A DNA stretch of 64,000 nucleotides, taken from the IMG/VR virus record IMGVR_UViG_3300020190_000004; one strand, written 5' to 3'. The stretch is from a virus (lineage: Duplodnaviria > Caudoviricetes). Below, in pieces: positions 18,230 to 28,214 of the stretch. A program made the translations under genes and the position numbers. The notes beneath the pieces were generated by a model, which saw only the letters and a list, made by a program, of their open reading frames with translations, made no database searches and was not told the origin of the DNA. How positions within the stretch are numbered: position 1 is the first letter of the stretch; every line of letters starts with the position of its first letter.

Positions 18230-18862
18230 TTAGATGATTTGGTCAATTAACCCATACTTTAAGCAAGTCTTTGCATTCCACCAAATGTCTTTTGATAAGA
18301 TGTTATCCATTTCCTTTTCTGGTATTTTAGAGTTTTCTTTGTACCAATCTTTTATGGATTTCATAATGTTTGCGTTGTTGGACATTTCTTCTTTAAGTTC
18401 GGAGTATTTTCCCCACCCACCGTTTCTTAGCTCATGTACAAGCATGAAAGCATTCTTTCGCATTAAGCGTTTAGTTCCTGCAATAGAAGCAAAAGTGGCT
18501 CCTGACGCAGCGCAGCCTTCAACAATGGTTACGATTGGTACTATGGCGCTGATTCTTTGTATCGTATCAGCCATAGCAAAAGCTGAAAAGACTTCTCCGC
18601 CATAAGAATTAATGTGTAACCAAATAGGAGAGGGTTGACCAACTTCATGCATGCTTGAGAATGCTGTCGGCGCAAGACGCATTGATAGGTCTTGTAGTAT
18701 TGCATTTAATTTCAAGGCTGATGCAGGTGTGATAGGCGCATAAAACCAAATATGATCGCCAACTACTTTGATGTCATGATAGTTGTATAAATTTTCGCCG
18801 TCTTCGTCTTCATCACTTCTTTTAACAGGTATTCCTCTGTTATTCATCGGTGTCTTCTTCAT
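18230..18862 (-). CDS. clpP: ClpP-like serine protease (S14)
   Basis: INSYGGEV, AASGAT (Ser), MLVHE (His), KDIW...TCLKYGLID (Asp). Confidence 0.88.
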   Translation of the reverse strand: MKKTPMNNRGIPVKRSDEDEDGENLYNYHDIKVVGDHIWFYAPITPASALKLNAILQDLSMRLAPTAFSSMHEVGQPSPIWLHINSYGGEVFSAFAMADTIQRISAIVPIVTIVEGCAASGATFASIAGTKRLMRKNAFMLVHELRNGGWGKYSELKEEMSNNANIMKSIKDWYKENSKIPEKEMDNILSKDIWWNAKTCLKYGLIDQII

Positions 18863-20252
18863 CGTTATTTGTGTTTGAGAATACTTCTATTCCGTCGATT
18901 TCTTCTTCTTCGGAAAATAAGTCAGTTATTGAATTTGTTCTGTTTTGTGTAGCTCTTTTCATAGAAGTATCTTCCATAGATTCGTAAGCCTTAATTGCTT
19001 CTGTGAGTTCAATTCTTTGCTTTTCAATATCAGTGGTAAGTTCTATAATCTTATTATTGGTTCTTGTAAGTTCATCCTCGGAGAGGGATCTCAATAAGAT
19101 AGCATTTAATCGACGCCTGATAGTATCAGCGTTAGGAACACCTTTGGTTATTTTGTTAAGAAATTCATCGATTTCTTTTTCATTCCACATTTCTTTTTTC
19201 TTTTCAATCATGAATGTAAGATATTGTACTTTTCTCTTTAAGAATTCAAGTTCATCTGTGTTGATATTAAAGAAGTACGTTAGTCGCTTAACGCGCAAGT
19301 CTGCCAGCCGGTAACGATAGTCAGTAATGTAGTCTTCAACTCTTTCGTACTCAAGAACAAGACCGTCTTTTACAAACACTGGGGTTTCAGTTACCAGCAT
19401 TTTAACCGACTTGTTAACTGCGTCTAAGAAAGATTCCCACTCAGCAGTGTTGCCTGTAAACTTAAGTAATATGTCAATGTTAGTTGAAGAGTTGTTGGTT
19501 AAGCGAACGCTTGGGTAACTTGTAAGAACGCTATCTAGTTTCTTTAAGAAAGCACCGTATCTCATAAGAGGAGGCAATTCAGTAACTCTGATAGTCTTTT
19601 CTTTTTCGTTCTTTTCAAGTACACCTTCAATTAACCAAGTTTTGTTCATACCCTTAAAGCGAGTAATTTTACCAGTGAAACCTTTGAATTTGGGATGTAC
19701 TTCTTTAGCTTTGCCGTCTAGGAATTTTTGAATATCTTTAAGATCTCGCGGCAAGACTGTAGTTTTGTAACCAACCGCAATACCTACGATTGTGTTTGTA
19801 AGACCTATCGGTAAATCTACCCATAAAGGATTCCAAGATCCTTCTTCATTCTTGTGATTTAAGAAATCACTCTTTCTAATCATCTCAGATATCGCAGGGT
19901 TTATCTTAACAGAGGTATATCTTGCTGCAGATGCTTCCTGATTGATAGGGGTTCCAAAGAACCCGTCGCCTACCAGTAATTGCTCACTATTGCCAAATGG
20001 TCGAGCAAGTTTGTTTATCGCACCAGTTAGAGACTTGTCACCGTGATGGTAACCGTCACTGATACAAGATCCTACGAGTGATATGGTTTTGTTAAAGTTT
20101 GCAGGAGCATTTACCATTATGAAACGCTGTACGTTTGTTAGTCCATCGTAAAAGGATGGGATTCCTCGGTTTTCTAAAACATACAATGCGTAGTTTCGAA
20201 AGTTTGTATCTATTTGCCGGGAAATGTTTAGCGGATATGCTTTCTTCTTCAA
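18840..20252 (-). CDS. gp52: DNA topoisomerase II, GyrA/gp52-like subunit
   Basis: RGIP..YDGL..VQR, YHHGD.S, SAARYT active-site Tyr. TTG at 20252 chosen as likely start; track gives 20297. Confidence 0.9.
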   Translation of the reverse strand: MKKKAYPLNISRQIDTNFRNYALYVLENRGIPSFYDGLTNVQRFIMVNAPANFNKTISLVGSCISDGYHHGDKSLTGAINKLARPFGNSEQLLVGDGFFGTPINQEASAARYTSVKINPAISEMIRKSDFLNHKNEEGSWNPLWVDLPIGLTNTIVGIAVGYKTTVLPRDLKDIQKFLDGKAKEVHPKFKGFTGKITRFKGMNKTWLIEGVLEKNEKEKTIRVTELPPLMRYGAFLKKLDSVLTSYPSVRLTNNSSTNIDILLKFTGNTAEWESFLDAVNKSVKMLVTETPVFVKDGLVLEYERVEDYITDYRYRLADLRVKRLTYFFNINTDELEFLKRKVQYLTFMIEKKKEMWNEKEIDEFLNKITKGVPNADTIRRRLNAILLRSLSEDELTRTNNKIIELTTDIEKQRIELTEAIKAYESMEDTSMKRATQNRTNSITDLFSEEEEIDGIEVFSNTNNDEEDTDE

Positions 20253-20278
20253 GATACTTAGGGTTTTAATTTTGTGTT

Positions 20279-20287
20279 TTATATACA
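20279..20287 (-). promoter_or_regulatory. Putative middle-type promoter motif TGTATATAA
   Basis: Upstream of the probable gp52 start. Confidence 0.45.
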
Positions 20288-20305
20288 CAAAGGGCAACCA
20301 AGTTC

Positions 20306-20992
20306 TTATTCGTATCTAATTAGGTCGTACTTCCAAATAAGTTTAACAATGTATCTAGCAATTTCGCTATCAGACGGGAAATGAATACCCATCTTGACCC
20401 TGCTTTCTGCTATTCTTTCAGCAAGGTGTTCTAGTTCACCGCGATAAAGTGGGTATTTTCGGCTGTAGTATTCAGCAAGATTAAAAGATGACGTTGCATG
20501 CCCACTTGGGTAAGATGCGCTATTTGCATCTGTGTGTATAATTGGGAAAAGAGGTAAGCGATATGCTTTACCTAATTGATTAGGTCTAGGTCGATTAATT
20601 TCTTCCTTAAGATAAAAAAGAATAGCTTCAGTTTGTGAATCAACGCCTTTCAGTTCTCCCATAGTTTCTTTTATGCCTTTAGCCGCAAAAAAGTCTAAAA
20701 AGACTTGCTCATAAGATTCTTCTGCCTGTCTTGCAAAAACTATATCTTCTGGCGTTACAGTTTTCATCATTGACATAACGGTCTGTATGTCATTCTGAGT
20801 TATTTCGCTGTAATTGGTAGGTGCTTCTTTTATAATTTTTTCGGCAAGTCCTTTATCAACAAAAAACTTTTTAATATGATTATCTGCATCATTAGCTATT
20901 TTATACAATTCAAGGGTTGGATTGCCAAATTGAATTGCGTTGATTTCATCAGCAGGCAAACTGTCTTTATATTCTTCGTATAGTTTTATCAT
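20306..20992 (-). CDS. PAP2/haloperoxidase-family acid phosphatase
   Basis: K....RPRP, SYPSGH, SR...G.HFPSD motifs; likely start MIKLYEEY. Confidence 0.85.
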   Translation of the reverse strand: MIKLYEEYKDSLPADEINAIQFGNPTLELYKIANDADNHIKKFFVDKGLAEKIIKEAPTNYSEITQNDIQTVMSMMKTVTPEDIVFARQAEESYEQVFLDFFAAKGIKETMGELKGVDSQTEAILFYLKEEINRPRPNQLGKAYRLPLFPIIHTDANSASYPSGHATSSFNLAEYYSRKYPLYRGELEHLAERIAESRVKMGIHFPSDSEIARYIVKLIWKYDLIRYE

Positions 20993-22038
20993 AAGTATTT
21001 GTAGCCAAACATATTTGTACAAACATGCATTTCTGTTCTAAAAGTTGGCTCGTCTTTTGTGGTAAGGTACACAAAGTATGTACACAGTTGAATTAGTCTC
21101 TTAACTGCATATTCACTCATGATTCCGTAATAGTCTTCATAAATACATTTATAGATAAGAGGGACCATGTTTGAGAACAATCCCGGTGTAGAATTTGACT
21201 CAATGAAGAAGTGTTTGCCGTTTCTATCAATAGCAATGTCAAGCCCGGCGATGTTGAGAGTTGGGTTGATGTCGAAAATAACTTTTGCTATATGATAACA
21301 TTCTTTAACGCTTAAACCTTTAACATCTTGTGGTTCTACTTGCGTCCAAGAAAAGTTAGATTTTTCGCGGTTATCGAGTTTGTCTTCAGTCATTCCAGCT
21401 TCGTTTACTCTTAATGACTTGGCTTTATCATTAAGCGGGTCTCTACGAAAAACTGAAAGCATTCTGATACCCGTGTTCTTTCCTCTAAAGAAAACTATTC
21501 TAAACTCCTGATCAATTTGAATTTGCTCTTGGTAAATGTCAAAACCTTTAACCAATTTGTTTAATCCTGTTTTTGTAGAAACTTTTTCTACACCACGAGA
21601 TTGATATGTGTTTGATGCTTTAGCAATAATGGGAAACTTAAGTTCTTTCTTTGCTTCAGCTGGTGTAAAAACTGTTTTAGGCAGCCAAGGAAAATCAAGT
21701 TTCTTAAGTATTTTAAGAGTGTCAAGTTTACTAACTACAATCCCGTGTGGGGCGTTGTAAACTTTATCAGCTGTAAGCAAGTCATGACCTATAGTATCGC
21801 TTATTCCGTACTTTTCGATTAATGACTGTTTGTCCCACAGTAATACAGGAAGCGTTTGTTCAATAACATCACTTAAGTATGTATCAGGGCTGTCACAAAA
21901 TTGGAAGATCTTTGCGATATTCTTTTGAACATTTTGCTTTTGCTCCATGTCCATCGTGGAAAACATAACAACTTTACCAAACTCAACAGGTTCGGTGGCA
22001 GATGCTTTAACAAAGAGATCAAAAGGATCAACTCTCAT
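20989..22038 (-). CDS. ATP-grasp fold protein (RimK-like)
   Basis: FPIIAK......SRGV, YQE.I..D.EFRI, GLDIAID..G..FFIESNSTPG. Confidence 0.8.
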   Translation of the reverse strand: MRVDPFDLFVKASATEPVEFGKVVMFSTMDMEQKQNVQKNIAKIFQFCDSPDTYLSDVIEQTLPVLLWDKQSLIEKYGISDTIGHDLLTADKVYNAPHGIVVSKLDTLKILKKLDFPWLPKTVFTPAEAKKELKFPIIAKASNTYQSRGVEKVSTKTGLNKLVKGFDIYQEQIQIDQEFRIVFFRGKNTGIRMLSVFRRDPLNDKAKSLRVNEAGMTEDKLDNREKSNFSWTQVEPQDVKGLSVKECYHIAKVIFDINPTLNIAGLDIAIDRNGKHFFIESNSTPGLFSNMVPLIYKCIYEDYYGIMSEYAVKRLIQLCTYFVYLTTKDEPTFRTEMHVCTNMFGYKYL

Positions 22039-22050
22039 TTAGGAAGTTTC

Positions 22051-22410
22051 TTATTTAAGAGTAAGAAGGTACTTAAGTTTCATCAAGTCAGCCCTCGCTT
22101 CATCACGGATGTTTGCAATTTCGCTATCTTGTTCTGCAATGAACGCACCTGTCAAGAAATCATCCATAGTCTCAATAAAAGCTTCTATTTTAAGATTATC
22201 ATAGTCGGCAAAAGTAATTTGCTTGACCCCGCCAAACTTAGGACGTTGGTATTTACCGCTATAAACTTCTATTAATCTATCAAATCTTTCATTTAAGTCT
22301 TCGTAAATTAACCCAAAGGCGTTATGTTCTGCGTAAGATTCAGTTTGCCAGTGAAGAATTCTTAATTGACCCTGAATCTGTATTATGTTTGCTAACAATT
22401 CTTTTTCCAT
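22051..22410 (-). CDS. Ferritin/Dps-like four-helix protein (DUF5856-like)
   Basis: HWQT.SYAEH.A....YE.L....D.L.E..SG.Y pattern. Confidence 0.65.
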   Translation of the reverse strand: MEKELLANIIQIQGQLRILHWQTESYAEHNAFGLIYEDLNERFDRLIEVYSGKYQRPKFGGVKQITFADYDNLKIEAFIETMDDFLTGAFIAEQDSEIANIRDEARADLMKLKYLLTLK

Positions 22411-22429
22411 TTGTATGTTTATTGTTTTT

Positions 22430-22438
22430 GTATTTATC
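22430..22438 (-). promoter_or_regulatory. Late promoter variant GATAAATAC
   Basis: About 20 nt upstream of the ATG at 22410; one change from GATATATAC, close to T4 TATAAATA. Confidence 0.45.
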
Positions 22439-22464
22439 TTTTAGCGAATTATGTGTTTCATCTT

Positions 22465-22857
22465 TTACTTGTTATTTCGCGCCCAATCAATAAAAGCTTG
22501 TATTTTTTCTATGCAATACTTAGCTAACCAGCGACGATATTCAGCGCCTGTTCTAAACTGCTCAACACCATCTACTTGTGATTGCTTCCAAGCAGCTGAT
22601 TTGTCTTGTCCAAAAAGAGGCAATTCTCTTGCATCTTTCAAAAGAAGCTGTAATTCTTGGTCGTTTTTATCGTCAAGTGCTTTATTAAACTTGTTAAGAA
22701 GATTTTCATAAATCTCAATTCTTATAGTCTCACCTAACCAATTTTCAGCTTCTGGATCAGCATACACTTTAACTTTACCAGCTTCAAGTTCAATGCTGAT
22801 TGGAGTAGTTAAATCTCTACCACCTTCATTAAGCCAAGATTCGTAGGATTTGACCAT
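22465..22857 (-). CDS. Leader-bearing putative internal head protein
   Basis: Starts MVKSYESWLNE. Confidence 0.65.
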   Translation of the reverse strand: MVKSYESWLNEGGRDLTTPISIELEAGKVKVYADPEAENWLGETIRIEIYENLLNKFNKALDDKNDQELQLLLKDARELPLFGQDKSAAWKQSQVDGVEQFRTGAEYRRWLAKYCIEKIQAFIDWARNNK

Positions 22858-23397
22858 CTACTTCTTGGTATTTTCTAGGTATTTCTTAAACTCTGTGCAA
22901 GCTTTCATAACTTCACCTTGGTCGCTGAGGTCGCTGATTACATAGTCAAGTGAACCTTCGTCATCGCTGGCAAAAACACCGCCAATTACAAACTCTGAAC
23001 CGTTGTAAGCAAGTTCACTGTAGTCTAACATAGTTAAAAGGTTGTATTCAGTATCCGCAACCGGAATATACAACTCATTAGCAAAGTTAGAGCTGTCAAT
23101 AACAGTGTTATCCACGTCAAGCTCTATACCGCATCTTTTGAATGCATCAGCAACATACTTAAGAAAAGGTGGTACGTCTTTCTTAATAATTCCAGTAAGT
23201 GGAACAGGTTTAGCCTTCTTCATTGCCTCAACGGCAACAGCTTCTACTTCTTTCTCTTCCATTTCATCGGAGTTTTTGCCGGTTCCGTCTAACATATACG
23301 AGCCTACTTCCCATAAGTCAGCGTCTACGCCCTCATTGTAGTTAATACCTTCACTGATGTTTGAGAAGTATTCGTTAATGCTTTTTATGTGTTTCAT
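22858..23397 (-). CDS. Leader-bearing putative internal head protein
   Basis: Starts MKHIKSINEYFSNISE. Confidence 0.65.
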   Translation of the reverse strand: MKHIKSINEYFSNISEGINYNEGVDADLWEVGSYMLDGTGKNSDEMEEKEVEAVAVEAMKKAKPVPLTGIIKKDVPPFLKYVADAFKRCGIELDVDNTVIDSSNFANELYIPVADTEYNLLTMLDYSELAYNGSEFVIGGVFASDDEGSLDYVISDLSDQGEVMKACTEFKKYLENTKK

Positions 23398-23398
23398 C

Positions 23399-23911
23399 TT
23401 AGATGATTATGTTTTTAAGATTAAACATTTGAGCGCTATCCCAGTTTCCACGAGGATTGTCCATTACCTGATAACTGCAGCCGTACATAACGGATACTTT
23501 TAAGTATAATTTTTTTCCAGCAGAATCTTCTACTTCAAATATCTTAAAAGCGTTAGCGCTATCACCAAAACCGACAACTGTAAAAGTTTCTGGCCGGGTT
23601 TGGAACGTGCCTTCAAATTTAGCACCGTCAGATATTTTGTTAATGAGTTTTTTGCCATTCATCTCCATTTGCATAGGGGTGATGACTCCTTCATTTAACA
23701 AAGACTCATTTGAAGACTTGTACATATTTTCAATAAAAGTCTCAAATTCTTTTCCAGACTTTTTGTCCTTTACGGTCATTTTGTCTCCACTAATCTTCTT
23801 TACCTCAAAGTTGAATCCCTGTACCGCATTACCTACAGTATCACCAACTTTAATGTCTTGGTTGGCTTTGCCTTCGTTCAAGAAGCTTTCAAATGTGTGT
23901 ATGTGTTTCAT
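23399..23911 (-). CDS. Leader-bearing putative internal head protein, two small beta domains
   Basis: Starts MKHIHTFESFLNE; internal SNESLLNEG. Confidence 0.7.
   Translation of the reverse strand: MKHIHTFESFLNEGKANQDIKVGDTVGNAVQGFNFEVKKISGDKMTVKDKKSGKEFETFIENMYKSSNESLLNEGVITPMQMEMNGKKLINKISDGAKFEGTFQTRPETFTVVGFGDSANAFKIFEVEDSAGKKLYLKVSVMYGCSYQVMDNPRGNWDSAQMFNLKNIII
23880..23911. repeat. 32-bp leader repeat copy 1
   Basis: AAGAAGCTTTCAAATGTGTGTATGTGTTTCAT, identical at 39184, 39570 and 39874; one mismatch at 34858. Confidence 0.95.
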
Positions 23912-23925
23912 AATAGATGTTTTTG

Positions 23926-24444
23926 TTATGCTTTTCTGTCATCTAGTCTAAAAGAAGATGTGTACATTCTCTGAGATGGCATATCCAGGTTTGTACCTGC
24001 CATGTCAAAGAACTTGGCAAAATCTGCATTATCTTCTAAAGAGCTGTAGTCAAATCCTAATCGGTCTTTTGGGTCATTTAGATTAGCAAAGATAAAGAAA
24101 GCATTTCCCTTCTCAGAAAAGCCTAATGTGTCAAGGTCGAATTTGCCAGGACAGCAGTCTTCAAGAATCTTTGGAAGAGCGTCAAGTGCTTTTTGTGCAA
24201 AGGCGTATATTTTTGTTTTACGATCGTAGATGGCTTTTGCATTTTCTTGTGCCCAGTCTACTGTATAGTACTTGTCTTTAGCAGCCTCGTTAAGGTCTTC
24301 GCCTTCTTCAAGTGCATCTTCTTTTATAGTGTATTTCTTTCCCTGAAATTCAAACTCTTTTAGACCTTGCTTCTTTGCATTTGCCAAAGCAGCATGAAAT
24401 GCATTCTCGTTTAAGAAATTTTCAAATGATGATATGTGTTTCAT
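23926..24444 (-). CDS. Leader-bearing putative internal head protein
   Basis: Starts MKHISSFENFLNE; internal EDLNE. Confidence 0.7.
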   Translation of the reverse strand: MKHISSFENFLNENAFHAALANAKKQGLKEFEFQGKKYTIKEDALEEGEDLNEAAKDKYYTVDWAQENAKAIYDRKTKIYAFAQKALDALPKILEDCCPGKFDLDTLGFSEKGNAFFIFANLNDPKDRLGFDYSSLEDNADFAKFFDMAGTNLDMPSQRMYTSSFRLDDRKA

Positions 24445-24469
24445 AGTCTCTGATTTTTTTTTGACCAGA

Positions 24470-24478
24470 GTATATATC
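24470..24478 (-). promoter_or_regulatory. Putative late promoter GATATATAC
   Basis: About 25 nt upstream of the ATG at 24444; heads the 20306..24444 island. Confidence 0.6.
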
Positions 24479-24483
24479 AGGGA

Positions 24484-26286
24484 TTAGATCCTCCCTTCTA
24501 ACCAACGTTTTCTCTTGTCAGCAGAATTTCCAAAGGCAATTTCCATGTATTTGCCAGCTGAACGATCTATGCGAATCTTAAACATCTTGCGTTCTGCCAT
24601 AACCATTTCCCAGTCTTGTATACTCAATGAACCTAACCCTTTAAGATAACGAACATTTTTGTAAGGAGTTCCGCTTTTCTCAAACTCGCCCCACTCATGA
24701 AGAGAATAGAAGTATTGTCTTTTGTTCTTAACTTCAGCAGAAACAAGCGGAGTAATTAAGATATGAAGTTTGCCAGTTTCAATCACTTGTGGAAACCACT
24801 TATAGAACAAGTTAATCACCAACGAAGCGATGTGACCTATTCCATCAGGGTCCCAATCGGTAGAGATGACAACGTTTGAGAATGCACATTTACTTCCGTC
24901 TCGTGGTTCAAGGTTAAGAATGTTCATCAAGTCAATGATTTCATTATTAGAACTCAAGTCACTTAAGTTTCTTGCGTTCTTAATCTTGCCCTTTAACGAA
25001 TACACTGCATCAATCCGCGGATCTCGTTTCTGTAAGATTGAACCCATAGCTGAAGAACCTTCAACTATGAAAAGAGATCCTTTGCTTTGTGAAGGCGGAA
25101 AGTACTTATCGCTTATGCGTTTGCTTGCAGCTTTCTTCTTGTTCTTGATGTTTTTAAGATCTTGTGTTTGAGTTCTTTCATCAATCAGTTTACGAACAGT
25201 TTCGTAAAACTTAGTTTTCTTGAGAGACTGATTAATCTTTTTGTTAAAGTCAGTCAGTAAGTGCTGTATTTCCCAACGACCTGCCGCGTACTTGGTTTTG
25301 TTTTGGTCAGCAAAACGAACCAGCTTAGGTGGAAAGTTAAGAATAAGAAGAGTCTCGTAAAAGTGATGAGCTAATGTATAGTCAAAGATGTCATTCACCC
25401 AGTCAGTAAAAATCTTTTGGTGAATACCCGTACATATAGCGCCGTTTACGAATGAAGCAGATGTTGCATTTTCGTATCGATTCCATATCACAAACATTCC
25501 CATCTTGCCCTTAAACACAATCGCGTCTTCTGGCAAGAATGACTGGTTAAGTTCAAGTTTTGTGTTGTCAAAGAAGAACTCAATCTCCAAGTTACTGATA
25601 ACAGGGTCTTGATTCTTTAAGAACTCCCGAAAGATGAACATGGTGTGTAAGTATTCTTTATCCCAAGTACATCCTTTGAAAATGTCAGTGCGTGGAATGT
25701 ATCTTACAGTAGTACCCGTTTGTGAATTGCGTTTTTTCTTGTCAGTGGTTTCTCGTTTTTTCTCAAAGCGGTTCCACTGAATGTTGTACTCTATTTCATT
25801 GTTAATTGTGGTAATAACAAATTCTTCCGAAAGCATGTTCACAAGAGCAGCACCCACTCCATTAGTACCAATTAAAGAATCATTTGAGTTTTCATTATAG
25901 AAGTTTGAACCAGCTCTTAACATTGACATTGCTGTCTCAACGTTGGATTGCCCTGTCTTTGTGTTTGCCTTTTCAGCGTTAATGAATCCGCCACCAGTGT
26001 CGGTTACTTCTACTTCATTATTTTTTGAATTAATCTTAACGATGATTTTAGGCATTACGCCCTTCATTCTCTTTGCTTCATCAAAAGCATTGTCAACGAT
26101 TTCATTAAACATCTTATAGAATCCTACAGATATGATCTTGTTCTTTGCAACAAGTTTTCCATTCTCCACGATCTGTACGCTTTCTTCAGATTTCTCAACC
26201 GAACCAATATACATGGTTGGTCTGTGTGTCACATGTTCAAAATCTGATAGTGCTACAATTTCTTTGTTAGATTTTTGTTTTGTCAT
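24484..26286 (-). CDS. gp39: DNA topoisomerase II, GyrB-like subunit (ATPase + TOPRIM; T4 gp39+gp60 equivalent)
   Basis: EIVDNAFDE, DTGGG, GTNGVG, VEGSSA, LKGK, TDWDPDG, YLKGLGS. Confidence 0.93.
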   Translation of the reverse strand: MTKQKSNKEIVALSDFEHVTHRPTMYIGSVEKSEESVQIVENGKLVAKNKIISVGFYKMFNEIVDNAFDEAKRMKGVMPKIIVKINSKNNEVEVTDTGGGFINAEKANTKTGQSNVETAMSMLRAGSNFYNENSNDSLIGTNGVGAALVNMLSEEFVITTINNEIEYNIQWNRFEKKRETTDKKKRNSQTGTTVRYIPRTDIFKGCTWDKEYLHTMFIFREFLKNQDPVISNLEIEFFFDNTKLELNQSFLPEDAIVFKGKMGMFVIWNRYENATSASFVNGAICTGIHQKIFTDWVNDIFDYTLAHHFYETLLILNFPPKLVRFADQNKTKYAAGRWEIQHLLTDFNKKINQSLKKTKFYETVRKLIDERTQTQDLKNIKNKKKAASKRISDKYFPPSQSKGSLFIVEGSSAMGSILQKRDPRIDAVYSLKGKIKNARNLSDLSSNNEIIDLMNILNLEPRDGSKCAFSNVVISTDWDPDGIGHIASLVINLFYKWFPQVIETGKLHILITPLVSAEVKNKRQYFYSLHEWGEFEKSGTPYKNVRYLKGLGSLSIQDWEMVMAERKMFKIRIDRSAGKYMEIAFGNSADKRKRWLEGRI

Positions 26287-26379
26287 TATTTTCTTTTAGA
26301 TGTCTTTAAGTTTTAATTGTATAGATTATATTACAGTAAAGATTAAAGTTCTTAGAATGTCATTAGCTTAACTATTCTT

Positions 26380-28206
26380 TTATATTTCGCTGTATAAAAG
26401 AACTTTAACACCTTTGGATTGAGCAGTTCTCATTTTAGAACTTGTTGATCCTAAATCATCGGTAAACAATACTTTAGCTTCATTTAAACTTGTGTGATGA
26501 TAGCCTTTGGACTTAGCGTAAATTAGGAATTCTTCTTTGGTCTTGAATCCAGCTGACTTCGGTGAACCTGTGAATTCACAGCCTATCGAGTCAACAGCAA
26601 TCCTTTCAGGAAGAGTTATCTTGATGTAAGGGGACAAGCTCTCAACCATCATGTTATATTCTTGGCGGCGTTTACCTCCTAATTCAAATCCCGCGATTAC
26701 ATCTTTCTGTAAACCGGAGAAACTGTAATCAATACCCGCGAGGTAGTTGCCAATTTGCTTTGCTGTAGTCCAACCCATACCGTCAACTCCCATAAGCATA
26801 ACAAGATCTCGCGGTTTGAGTTCAGAACATTTCTCAATTTCTTTGAATAGGTTATCTAGTGTTTTTCCTGCCTTAAAGAATCCTGAACCTATAAGCGTTT
26901 CTTTGCTCATCTTGGTTGGGTTTAGCAAGTCAGCAGGATTCTTAATACCTGCTTTCCAGATTAGCTTTGTCATAGCACCACCAACACCGTCAAGACCTAA
27001 AACATTAACACCGTTATGAAACTTATACCAGGATTTGATTTCACAATTCTCATTTTCACACATTAGGTGGATTCCTTTTACTACAAGTTTGCTTCCGCAC
27101 TTACAAGATTCTGGGTGTTGAAAACCTGCGGTATCTCCAGCAACTACTACTCGAGTAATCTGCGGTATGATATCACCAGATTTTGCGATAGCAACCACAG
27201 CACCAGGAACGGCGCCTTTTTCTTTAAGATAGCCTAAGTTAAATAGAGCAGCGCGAGAAACCGTAGAACCATCAAGATCAACAGGTTCCATTACAGCTAC
27301 TGGAGTAACCTCTCCAGTCTTTCCGTATTGCCAAGATATGCTCTTGATTTTTGTGATTGCTTCTTTAGGAGGAAACTTGATGGCAACCGCCCAGTTAGGA
27401 TCGTGAGAGTTTTCACCCCAAGCAGATCGCAAGCCTTCAGGCGCTTTGATTACAAAACCGTCAAGTTGGTAATCCGAGTTTTTGCGATACTCAACCATAT
27501 CATCATATGCTGATTGAAAGTTTTCAATTCCGCAGTAAAAAGTATGAGCAGTATGTTTGAACCCTGAAATTCTCGGGGCAATATAGCGAATCTCTTCATC
27601 AATATGTTGCCTTACCTCAAGAGGGATAAAGTCAAGATCCGCAAGTATTGACGGCGAATTGTCATCGCGATTAAGAACACCAGCAACATAGTTACGAGGA
27701 TTCTTAAAAGTTGCGTATTTCTCATTGAATGTAGATACTTTAATTACCACTTCACCGCGTACTTCAACGATTCCTTTAAGATCTATAGTCTCCGGTATGT
27801 TATGTTTTACCTTGTCAGTAATATCGCGCCCTTTAGTTCCGTTACCGCGAGACAGTACTTGTAGAAGTTTACCGTCTTGATAGATTGCGTTACCTGCATT
27901 TCCATCATATTTAGGTGTTACCTCAAAGGAAGTAGCGCCAAACTTGTTCATCCAGTTTGTAGCAGATTCTACTGGTGCTGCACCTGATAAACTTGCTTGA
28001 TACTTAGCAAGAGATAACATTGGTGATGGGTGAGAATACTTTGCTTTGCGATCCTCAGCACCCACGATATGTGGAGCATCAGAACCCATACTGATTAGTT
28101 CTTGTTCAAGAGAGTCAAATTCATCATCAGATAAAACAGATTCACCAGAATAGTATGCCTCTTTGGCTTGAAAATAAAGTTGTTCTAACTCGAAGCGATT
28201 ACTCAT
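26380..28206 (-). CDS. ligA: NAD-dependent DNA ligase
   Basis: Y..G....SD..FD.L, PMLSL.K, KYDG, RG.G..G.D, EVRGE, NPRN, DG.VIK, AVA.KF, G.TG..TP, GDIIP, Zn finger, BRCT-like tail. Confidence 0.95.
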   Translation of the reverse strand: MSNRFELEQLYFQAKEAYYSGESVLSDDEFDSLEQELISMGSDAPHIVGAEDRKAKYSHPSPMLSLAKYQASLSGAAPVESATNWMNKFGATSFEVTPKYDGNAGNAIYQDGKLLQVLSRGNGTKGRDITDKVKHNIPETIDLKGIVEVRGEVVIKVSTFNEKYATFKNPRNYVAGVLNRDDNSPSILADLDFIPLEVRQHIDEEIRYIAPRISGFKHTAHTFYCGIENFQSAYDDMVEYRKNSDYQLDGFVIKAPEGLRSAWGENSHDPNWAVAIKFPPKEAITKIKSISWQYGKTGEVTPVAVMEPVDLDGSTVSRAALFNLGYLKEKGAVPGAVVAIAKSGDIIPQITRVVVAGDTAGFQHPESCKCGSKLVVKGIHLMCENENCEIKSWYKFHNGVNVLGLDGVGGAMTKLIWKAGIKNPADLLNPTKMSKETLIGSGFFKAGKTLDNLFKEIEKCSELKPRDLVMLMGVDGMGWTTAKQIGNYLAGIDYSFSGLQKDVIAGFELGGKRRQEYNMMVESLSPYIKITLPERIAVDSIGCEFTGSPKSAGFKTKEEFLIYAKSKGYHHTSLNEAKVLFTDDLGSTSSKMRTAQSKGVKVLLYSEI

Positions 28207-28214
28207 TGATTTTT

